DNA of 23,079 nt from positions 59,595,669 through 59,618,747 of the forward strand of contig NC_057719.1 in NCBI RefSeq assembly GCF_004010195.1, given 5' to 3'. Shown here in pieces: positions 1 through 9,556 of this stretch. The stretch is from Chiloscyllium plagiosum. Its lineage: Eukaryota. Below the pieces are notes generated by a model. It ran no database searches, had not been told where the DNA came from, and was given only the letters and a program-made list of their open reading frames with translations. Made by a program: the position numbers and the translations under genes. Every line of letters begins with the position of its first letter. The first letter of the stretch is position 1.

Positions 1-1328
1 TCAATGATGCTATTGTTTTGTGTATAACATTCATTGTGATTTTACACACCATGACTTACATTTCCGACCAGCCTACAACCCATTTGGAGAACTCCTGTGG
101 ACTACTTGTAATCCATGAGCCATATTTTAAACACAGTCACTCAGGAAGAATTGCAGGCCTCTTGGAACTGCATTTTTCTCCTCTTATGGCAATAGGGGTT
201 ACAGCTGTTTCATTTAACCTGCTCCTTCCAAGGTGATTCATCAGAATATAGTGCAGTGCAGTGCTCCAATCATCCATTTTCTGTTGACATAGTTAAATAA
301 GCAAATAATATTGAATGGAGCAGTGCCAAGCTAAAACTTCTGCTAAAACTTTATCTGGCATCTCTGAGAGCATTTATATTTTGTTTGCTTAGAGTTCATG
401 AAGACTCCTCTCTTTGTTGTAGGGGATAACTCAATCTCAGTGTAATATTTGATTGATGGGAAAAGGGAAGAAGATGTGATTCACACAACAGGGGACCTGA
501 ACTAAGCAGATCTATTTGACCATGGTGTTGAATTTAATCAGACTACAATTTTGCCAGAACAAAGATATTATTCTGCAATGTGTTGACTTGTTATTTTCAA
601 GAGTGGATGTGAATGATCATAAAAGGTGGATAAGGCCAGTAGGTCTGGCAAGCTGTCATGTTAATTGAATCACCTGCCTTTTAAATTTTGGGGAAAAACA
701 TGAGTTGTAAAAACCCAGCGCTTGTAGTTTCAATAGCTGTTAGTTGGCATAAGCCAGGGGATTATCATTATAGCGTTATTACTGCTTGACTGCTTCCATG
801 ACCGTCTTTTTCATAGTAGGGGCTGTAAGTTCAAATTTTGATCAATAATTCCAAGAAGCTATAAATGGATTAGCTTTCTTTGTTAACAGTAATTGTTGAT
901 CTTAAATGAATTAAGTACTTGATGGGATTTAAATGTAGTGATTTGGGTTTTATCAATGAGAGTGTTTTTGAATTAGAATTTTAATTTATTTTGTCTTAAC
1001 TCAGCTCGGCTCTTGAAGTCTGCCCTTGGTGGATACTCAGTGAGTTGGCATGGAGGGGGTATTTGGGCTAAAGGTGGTAGGTGAGGAACATGTGTTTTCA
1101 TGACATTTCACAAATTTGGTATAAGGATGACGAGGGATTTCAGATTCAATATTTTTGTGAACAAAATTCTCCTCATTCAATTCAATTGGATACTTATGTT
1201 TTGCCCAAAGTTCTGGATCTGAAACAAAATAGAACATTTTGTCTTCATATATCAAGCTCGATGTGCAGTTGCATTGGTGTACTTCCAGATCCACTGCTGT
1301 TGCAAATGGATAAATGTTTGATGATATG

Positions 1329-1693
1329 TTCTCCAATTTCAAATAAGGACTCAACATTGAAATCTCCAATTTTCAAAAAACCTCCCTTCCCATCCCCCAA
1401 CTCCCTTTCCAGCCCCTCCTCCCTTCCATTCCTCTGACTGACCCTTCCTTCCAGCTATCAACCAGATTCATTCCTCCCATTGGCCAACCAGGCCGTATCC
1501 TCTACCTGTGTTCACCTATCATTACCTCACCACATAGCCTCTCTCCCCACCCAAAACCCACCCCCACCGCCCCCCTTTATCTGCAGCTCCCCTCATCCCC
1601 AGTTCTGAAGAAGGGTTATACCTGAAACATTGACTTCTCCACCTTCTGATTCTGCCTTGCTTGCTGTGTTCTTCCAACCTCCTGCTTGTCTAC
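1329..1693 (+). mobile_element. Penelope-like element 3' end (last GIY-YIG codons, pyrimidine-rich tail, hammerhead-bearing terminus)
   Basis: ggactcaacattgaaatctccaatttt reads GLNIEISNF, typical of the PLE endonuclease C-terminus. A duplicated ttctccaatttcaaataa (FSNFK*) lies just before it. A C-rich tail follows, then agttCTGAAGAagggttatacctGAAAcattgacttctccaccttctgat...gcttgctgtgttcttcca, a recurrent shark PLE terminal motif. Confidence 0.7.
1601..1635 (+). ncRNA. Minimal type I hammerhead ribozyme motif (PLE-associated), stem III weakened
   Basis: agtt-CTGAAGA-agg gttata cct-GAAA-ca-T-T-gact: CUGANGA and GAAA cores present, stem II agg/cct, stem I agtt/gact, UH site. Stem III reads ACAT rather than the palindromic ACGT. 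Confidence 0.6.
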
Positions 1694-1720
1694 CTCCTTG
1701 GGCTAGTCAGCCCTTTATCA

Positions 1721-2353
1721 TGAGTTATGGACCAGACCAAAGCCCTTCAAAGTGTATTAAGAAGACAGCCTATATCCAATTTTTTTCTTATTTTAGAAGG
1801 CAAGTGTAAGGAATTGTGTTCCGAATGCAGTTCCATTGGTCAAACTAACAGGCTTGAAATAAAACATACATTATTCTTATACTACAGTTAAAATACAGAC
1901 AAAATAAAAAAAGCTTAACTGTAATTCTGTTGAAGCACAGGTAGACAACCCTTTATCTGAAATCCCAAAGTCCAAAAAAGCTCCAAAATCTGAAGGTTTT
2001 GTGAATTTTTAATCTCATTAACAAAACAGTTAACCCAACTCCACACCCACTCGATGCGTGTCACTCAGATATGATGTGGGGGGGCATGGCCCAGCACTGG
2101 CAGGCCTCAATTCTGTCTCAGAATTACCCACACTGAGTCTGCTGTTCGGTAAGTTTTTTTAAAAAATTCACTGTTGAGCTGTCACTTATTCCGAAATTTG
2201 AAAAATTCTGAATTCCGAAAACCAGCTGGTCGCAAGCATTTCAGATAAAGGATCTTTAAAAAGATAATAAATATGTTAACTATCACTGATGAGCTGTTCC
2301 AAATTGGTAACATCCCATAAACACACTCTTGGCAATTCAGTAAAATAGATTCC
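1721..2353 (-). mobile_element. 3' part of an LTR (Gypsy/Gmr1-like), interrupted by a MITE
   Basis: The minus strand ends ...gggctttggtctggtccataactca, resembling shark LTR ends. LTR-like sequence resumes after the MITE (2253-2353). Assignment is from recalled repeat similarity. Confidence 0.45.
1938..2252. mobile_element. Non-autonomous Tc1/mariner-Tigger MITE (Tigger4/MER46-like)
   Basis: Perfect 14-bp inverted repeat cctttatctgaaat (1950-1963) / atttcagataaagg (2238-2251). The start caggtagacaaccc..., subterminal (c/t)gaaa repeats and the end ctggtcgcaagcatttcagataaagga resemble Tigger4/MER46 termini. The outer part of the right TIR is lost. Confidence 0.7.
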
Positions 2354-3189
2354 ACCAAAACTTCCTTTGGGCAGAGATATGAGAATATCCTACTCCTAAG
2401 TTGTATATCGTTGGCGAGATAGCAATCCTATTTAAATGCGGTTTCCTGCTCACTAAAGATAGTTCTTACTCGTCATTCAATCTGACTATCAGGGCATTAA
2501 TTATACACTCCTTTGAGTTTAAAATAGTATTTAATCCATATTTTAAGGCATATTCTGATTCAGCTGATGAATGCACGCCTCATTATTGATCCTTTCAGAG
2601 CCTAATGTTTTTGTATGACAACACCTCCAAGCTGTTCTTATTATTGATATTTATTCATTTGTGTATATAATTACAATTACCACCATGCCGTCTTCCTTAA
2701 GTCTCTGACATCACAAGTTGAGTCAGGAAGTAGTTTGTGGCATTCAGTTAGAACACATTCTCTTCACGATTAGAAGGCTGGTAGGTTTCTGGGTTGATGG
2801 CTGCTGACCTTGATTTTTTCTTGACACTGTGTGCGCTGTCAGTTACTTTTGATGGAGAGCCATCAATCTCTTGGATTTGTTCTGTAGAGGACATCTATCC
2901 TGCTGAAATAGGTACAATCTCTGGTTGGTCTTTAATCTCACAAATGCCTTTTACATAGGATGGCTAATTTGTTGAAACAGTAAGTTCCTGTTTGGAACTA
3001 TTCTGGATCTCTGGACCAGGGATTCTTTTTTTAGCGGAATCCTGGATTTACGAGCTATGGAACAATTGACCCTATCTTTTGCTTGGATTCTGTCATAAAT
3101 CTATGAAGCCTTAAGAAATCGTCTACTGATTGATCCCTGACAAGTTGCTCCTTAACCTTAGAGCTGTTGCTCCATTACTGCTTACAGTC

Positions 3190-3545
3190 AATGTAATGTA
3201 TATGTATTGTAGTGTATTAATAGCATAGGTCTAAAGCTTTTTAAAAATGAAACCATACTTGTGTATTGAAGGTTTATTTTTTAAGGGAGGAGATGTACTG
3301 TGGCTTTAAAAGGTCTATTTTTTTTTCTTTTGGTTTATGAAGACGGGTTGAGACAGATGTGTGAAACAGTCTGTTCATGGCCAGTGAAGTTAAACATCTT
3401 GTGAGGCCCTGGATCTTTTTTGAAGTTGGAACAATAGAAGCAGCTTAAAGGGATGGTGTCAAAATCCCACAGAACAAGGATTTTAATTTAACTTTCAGCA
3501 GCTTTTGGTGTTTGGAAGCTGCTCTCCATCTCCCCCTGCTACAGC
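3190..3545 (+). mobile_element. LTR retrotransposon 3' UTR, polypurine tract and 5' portion of LTR
   Basis: AT-rich stretch, then PPT aagggaggaga (3283-3293) immediately followed by TGTACTGTGGC (LTR TG start at 3294). Truncated at about 3545. Confidence 0.55.
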
Positions 3546-4318
3546 AATATGCTTGAGTTTGTGCTACACTCCCGTGAGAATCCATCACCCCCTACATTTT
3601 CCAAAACAGCATACTTGTTTGAAATAGGGATAGCCACAGAAGACTCCTGCAATACTTGCCTACCCCTCCTACCTTTCCTGGAGTTAACCCATGTACCTGA
3701 CTGTATCTGTGACTTTTCTCCCTTCCTTTAACTGCCATCCATCACACCCCCACTCCTTGTAAATTCCTTACTGCCTCGAACTGCTGCTCCAAACAATCCA
3801 TTTGATCTGATAGGATTCACAAGCAAAGACACTTGGTGCAGACATAATCATCACTAACATGGAAACTCTCACTAAACTCCAACATCTGACAGGAAGAGCA
3901 TATCATTCCACTAAAGGCCATCTTTGCTCCTTCAGGATCTACAGACCCAGAAGATAACACCATCTTTTTGCTCTAAAAAACAGTGCTCCAGACTAACTTA
4001 GTACTTATGGTTTATATTTTTAAAGTTTATTCAGGAGACAGATCTCAATAAAACATGTAATCAAGAAAGAACCCACTCTACTCACTACTGCAGACTTACA
4101 GCAAGGCTACACTTAAAAACGTATCTGTTCCTGTGCTGTGAGCTCTCCCACACGTGTTCCTCCAAGGTCAGCTGTGAATTTCGCTATTTGTTCATTTAAG
4201 CTAGACGCACTCTGCTGTCCAGAGATACATGAACTCAAACAGCAAAGGCAGTAACTGAGCAGATTCACTGCTGTCTCAGTTAGCAGTGTAGGTTTCTTTT
4301 TCTCCCTCACTGACCATG
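3546..4318 (-). mobile_element. CR1 LINE 5' UTR plus N-terminus of ORF1 (zinc finger/leucine zipper), pseudogenised and 3'-truncated
   Basis: From ATG at 3921: MAFSGMICSSCQMLEFSESFHVSDDYVCTKCLCL*ILSDQMDCLEQQFEAVRNLQ...SNKYAVLENV (CxxC...CxxC, coiled coil, NKY motif preceding the esterase domain). Clearly homologous to 21355-22086. Confidence 0.8.
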
Positions 4319-6465
4319 AACTGAAATCTTCACTCTGTGCCTTAACTATTAACACGTTCTCCTTTTGTGTTCCTTCCCTATCAAATACCTTTTGAGCATA
4401 TTCGCACGGCACACTCTGTAAGGTTACTTTGTATGTGAGATTTCTTTTTATTTGGTGTTCTAATCAAATAATTCACCGCACTCAATTTCCTTTCAATTTG
4501 ATGAGGCTGAATAAACCTTGCCTTTAAAGGTTCACTTATCACTGGGTGGAACACTATCACTTTATCTCCACTAGCAAAATTGCATATTTTTCGTTTATTG
4601 TTTGCTTCCTATTTCATCATATGCTGTGCTACTTGCAAATGCTGTCTAGCCAATTCACCCGCGCTATTTAATCTCGCCCTAAAATTTAAGATAGTCCAAA
4701 TATGTAGTCTCTGAACTCTGACTCACTAATTTTTCCTTAACTAATGTCAATGATCCTCTGACCTCATGCCCAACCACAAATTCAAATGGAATGAATTGAA
4801 TTGATTCACTAGGTGCATCTATAATTGCAAAATGTACAAATGGAATTCCTTTATCCTAATTCTCTTGATAATCTTGACTTTATAATCTTTAATCTTTAAT
4901 GTCTGATGCCACCTTTCTAACACTCCTTGCAATCCCAAATGGTATGCAATGGATTTGAATTGTTTTGTTCCTAAGATATCCATATCTTCCTTGAATAACT
5001 TTGATATAAAATTTGACCCTTGATCCAATCGTATTTCTGTGGGTAGTCCAAATCAAATGAAAAAATTGTGTAACTCTTCTACAATTCTTTTATTTGTGAT
5101 ATCAAGTAGTGGAATGGTCTTTGAAAATCTAGACACATCCATTATGGTCAACAAATATTGATTCCCACTTTTTGTTTTAAGTAGGGGCCCTGCGCAATTG
5201 AGTAAGACTCTTGTAAAAGGTTCCTTAGATGCAGGAATGGGTATTAAGCGTGCTTGTTTTATCACTGCCTGACATTATCCTTTTCTCTGAATGACATAGC
5301 TGGCATAAGTCAACTGCATTCTTATGCAATCCAGGCCAATAGAAATGGTTATGTATTTTAGCTTGAGTTTTCCTTTCCCCCATCCTACTAGTAAATCATG
5401 TGCTACTCATAATACCTCCTTTCTATAACCCAGTGGTATTACAACTTGATTAACTTCTGCCCATTTTTCATCTGCCTGAATATGTATTGGTCTCCAATTC
5501 CTCATCGAGACTTCATTTTTAAGATAGCAACATTCTGTGATACCCTCAGTTTCTTAATCTGTGTATGCTTTTTGATACAACTGCTTTAGTTTTTCATATT
5601 TCTGTTGTAATTCTCTGAACTAAAAATATCCACTTTGTCCTTCACTTGTTCTTGTTTTTTTTCTTAACCATTTTATCAAACATAGTTTCTGATAAGTTCA
5701 ACTTTTTTATCTTTGTTTCTTAGTTTCTCCTCCTTTTTTAACCTGTGGTTTTATGACCTTATTACCACACAGTCAGGAAAAATCACAGGATATTCTTCCT
5801 TCAGACCTCAACTGTCTGATTTTCCACTGGCTTTTCAACCACAGTAGGCATTACTCCCACCTCTGATTCAGCCATGTCTTTAGCAAAGAAATCCCAAATC
5901 TTCTGCACTGAGAACTTCTCTATTACTCCTATCACCAGTTCATTGCTTTTCACCAAACTCTCCAATCTCACTTTACATAATGTAACACCACTCTTCTCAC
6001 TATAAATTCCACCTATTAACACTTTTTTCTGACAATACTCCTTCTAAATTACATATCCCTTCATCTTTAACCCTCAAAGATTGTCTTGCTCCCATATCTC
6101 TTAAAATGTTAATTCCTTCTCCTGGCATACAAGAATAAACTTTACCCACACAAATTCTTTAAAGAGATCGAGTACTTTCTTCTCAATCATCTCTGAACGG
6201 GTTGTCATTTTTTTGCAGCTTGTTAATTTCCACTGTATTTTCCTTTATCACTTCAACAAAAAGCACAGGCCTATGCTGTATTCCCACATTCGTCATTCCC
6301 AGTGCTTTTTTTTTAAACCACCAACACTGTGACTTTATGTGGCCTACGTTATTACAGTGAAAACACCTGAGCTTTTTCACTTCTCTTTCCCCTTATAGGT
6401 TTCCTTTTTAACTTTTAGTAAACTCTCTTTATTGTCTTCAATGTGATCTTCTTTTCCCTTGCTGG
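4319..6465 (-). mobile_element. Gmr1-like Gypsy internal region (gag zinc knuckle - protease - integrase - GPY/F), heavily frameshifted
   Basis: CCHC knuckle CFHCNNVGHIKSQC (ORF 6183-6380). Protease ILRDMGA (DTG decayed, 6090-6098). Integrase KIHNHFYWPGL, PFTRVLLNCAGPLLKTKSGNQYLLTIMD, DQGSNF, LERWHQTLK. Post-integrase ...VNYLIRTP...NMLKRYFDREG. No RT between PR and IN. Confidence 0.85.
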
Positions 6466-6683
6466 AGCCAGCATCCTGAAGAGACACTGTTCTGCCATTG
6501 GCTGTGAAAATGTCTCAAATATTTGACTTCTACAAGTTCTTTCAGGAACTTCTGGGATTTGTAATTCCAGCTGTATATCATTGCATCAAGCAAATATTTC
6601 ATGTCCTGATTCAACACATTTCATGACCAATGGAATTTGCATTTCATCAGGCAAGTAAAACTCATTAATTGCATATTAATTGT

Positions 6684-6753
6684 GTTTAGTTATTAAAACA
6701 AATTCAGAGTTCAGTTATTAAAACAAATATGGTTCAGTTGTTAAAATCAAAAT
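6684..6753 (+). repeat. Short imperfect tandem repeat, three copies of ~23-25 bp
   Basis: gtttagttattaaaacaaattcaga / gttcagttattaaaacaaatatg / gttcagttgttaaaatcaaaat. Confidence 0.7.
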
Positions 6754-7248
6754 TTGGCATTATTTTAGCATCTATATGCTTTATTTTTCTTTTCACTCTT
6801 TTCAACATTCACAGCATCTTGCTCCATACTGCATAATAAGGAAGATGCATATTTTTATTAACTCAAATTATTTGTTACATTTTCAAGGTTAGAATCAGAT
6901 TGGCTATTTTATGTGTTTTCTTGTAAACTAGATAATGGTTATTAGGAAAACATAAGCCCTCTGCTGGCAGTAGAAAGATTTATCTTGCTAAGTACTAATG
7001 ATCAGAGTGTCAAAATAAAAGACTTGCTTTAAAGCTTTGATTTAACCAGGTATGTACAATACTCTGTATTAAAGCCTATCCTTCTCTAAACAAGATCAGG
7101 TGCAGTTTCCCCTTTGTGAATATTATTGGGCGTTGATAGCAAATTCATAGAAGTTTACAAAACAACATTTCTTTTAACTAAATAATGCAGTCTCTTCTTC
7201 CTTCACTGCGCCTCTCCCGTTCTTGACATGACTCTGCTAACTCTGTTT

Positions 7249-7340
7249 TCTTCTGAAGAAGGGTCACTGGACCAAAATGTTAACTCTGTTTACTCTCCAC
7301 AGGTGCTACCTGAATTTCTCCAGCAATTTTGGCTTTTTAT
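7249..7340 (+). mobile_element. Short PLE-derived repeat with degenerate hammerhead motif
   Basis: CTGAAGAagggtcactggaccAAAAtgttaactctg...tttctccagcaattt. Homologous to 8085-8197. The GAAA core is mutated to AAAA. Confidence 0.65.
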
Positions 7341-7559
7341 AATCAATGCTATTATGTTGTGTACTTGAACTAAGAAAAAAAAGAAGCAATGAAGTTGTTT
7401 CTGAAGAGAATGAGAACACACCGTGGACATGTTATTCTGGATTTGCAAGTAAACCTGTCAGGGTATTCACTTTCTGCAAAGGCGATAGTAATAGTTTGAG
7501 AAATATAAGTGTGGCTAAGAATTGTGATATTTGGTTGATGCTGCCTTCTTCTAAAAGGT

Positions 7560-8083
7560 CACAGAGTCAAAAGGATATTATAAAAAAGCCATTCAGCCCT
7601 TTGAGTCTATGCCTACTCTCTGCAGTGCTATCTTGTCCCATTCCTCTAAACTATCCCTGTTGCTTTATAATTTTATTTCTCTCAGGAACCAACACAATTT
7701 ATTTCTGGCAACAACCATTTTCTCTGTTTCCATGACTCTAGTAGATAACAAGTGCCAGATCTGTGCCACTTGCTACAGAAAAGAATTCTTCAAATGTCCT
7801 GCCATAGTTTTTGATCAAAACATAAGATTCTTCTCCTTGACTACTATACTATCAGATATCTGATGGAACATCTTTTCTTTTTCTACCTTATCAATATGTG
7901 CCAAAGTCTTGTCCAGTATATCTCTATTAAATATCTTTTCAGTCACCTCTGCTCCAAGAGGACAAGCCCAGCCTACCCAACCTAACCTTGGAGCTAAAAC
8001 TACTCATCCCTGGAGCCATTTATACAAATCTTCTCTGTACCCTCTCAAAAGTACCCTCATAGCGTCCTAACTGGAGCATGGAA
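7560..8083 (-). mobile_element. Old CR1 LINE 3' end
   Basis: Reverse-complement CR1 3' tail (gccattcagccctttgagtct...) and ORF2 C-terminal remnants (cacctctgctccaagaggacaagcccagcctaccca..., aaatcttctctgtaccctctc, i.e. ERVQRRF on minus). Confidence 0.7.
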
Positions 8084-8084
8084 C

Positions 8085-8197
8085 AGTTCTGAATAAGGGT
8101 CACTGGACATGAAATGTTAACTCTGCTTTTCTCCACACATCCACTTTTCTCCAGCAATTTCTGATTTTATTTCAGATTTTCAGCAGTCCTTTGTTTT
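8085..8197 (+). mobile_element. Short PLE-derived repeat with degenerate hammerhead motif
   Basis: agtt-CTGAATA-agggtcactggacat-GAAA-tgtt-aact: stem I agtt/aact is perfect, but the core CUGANGA is mutated. Downstream tttctccagcaattt is shared with 7249-7340. Confidence 0.65.
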
Positions 8198-9159
8198 ATA
8201 ATAGCATTGATTATGTTCAATGTAGCTTTTTTAGCATCATAATTCAAACCATTCTTCTTAACTCATCATGCAAATTAAATTTATATATATATGAAATGAA
8301 TGGCTATATAATCAGGATTCCACTTCTTAATCATTCATTTGTGTAGCATTACGCTGACAATTTTCAAGACGTTAAGCATCATTTTTACAATTGCTATATG
8401 TTAAACATTTTCCCCTTAATCTCTGTTGCTTTTGCATCAATGAAGCAAAGGATTTTTTTTCTATTTGTTCTCTTCTGACTTTGCTCAATCTAGTATCTTG
8501 GGAGATACTCTTCCATTGCATAATAATTGACCTTCTAGCATTTAATTTCAATCTATCTGCTGAATTTATTTGTTTTGCCTTCTCAAGTATCTTTTTGAAC
8601 TCTTTGTGTCTGCAATTAATACTGTGTCATTAATGCACCAACCTTTAGCAATTTCCTGAATCATCAAACCAATTTCTACAGTTTCATAATTGTATTATAT
8701 GTTGAAAGATTATATAATGTAGGCATAATAACAGACAATTTGTGTATTTTATCTTTTTTTCTGCATAACCAGTTCTTCTTCCTTACAATTAAGTGGCAAT
8801 CTGCTGGTGTCTAGACAGTTGATTTTGTGATTGTGTGCAGACAGAACCGGAGACTGAGGAGGTATCATTGGCTAATTCACAGAGTAAGTAAAGAAAGTCT
8901 CATATTAATGGCAGAAAAGAAGTAAAAACTTGCTGGTCTCCATCAATGATTGGGAAATGCAGTAGTGCACTGACACTGGGTCAGCCTTATCACATTCTTT
9001 TTGCTAATCATTAGGATAATGTCATAAAGAAACAGAACAAAATTATGCCAAGGTCAAAATATTCCTTTTATCAGAGTTGTCTTCAAACAATATTGTGACA
9101 TTCCCTTCTCTACTGTCACCAGACATCCGAAATAACAATTGTTTTAACTTCCTGCTAGA

Positions 9160-9556
9160 AAAAAGGAACAACTTACATTTATACAGTATCATTCATCATC
9201 TCAGGACACTCCAAAATGCTTAACACCCAATAAAATACTGTAGTAACATCAGAAAACATGGCAGCCAAATTGTGTACAACAGTGAGATAAACGAACAATT
9301 AAACTGTGGTGAACATGTTGGTTAAGGGATAAATATTGGCCAGGACACTGGGTGAATTCTTCTGCTATTAGGATAGCTCAACAAGAATTATGTTGTTTGC
9401 CAGAGAAAGCAGGCAGATTTTTGGTTTACTGACAAATCTGACTCACTCCCTGTGTATCCACTGAGATGAAGTGCTCAAGTCCTCAAATGGAAATTGTGCA
9501 CGCAACATTCCAAGTCATAGGCAAGAATGCTGCCACTGAGTCAAGGCTGATACCTA
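9160..9556 (-). mobile_element. Deu-domain SINE (SacSINE1/AmnSINE-like), diverged
   Basis: Contains ggttaagggataaatattggccaggacactggg (Deu-domain signature). A tRNA-like head lies on minus near 9470-9556 (gtgctcaagtcc...tgctgccactgagtcaaggctga), and an L2-type tail (acttacatttatacag) at the left end. Confidence 0.65.

Noticed and set aside
1081..1437. 118-aa plus ORF overlapping a 110-aa minus ORF
   Set aside because: It starts at GTG, runs into PLE sequence and has no recognisable domain.
6684..6753. CRISPR-like repeat
   Set aside because: Adjacent degenerate tandem copies with no spacers, in a vertebrate context.
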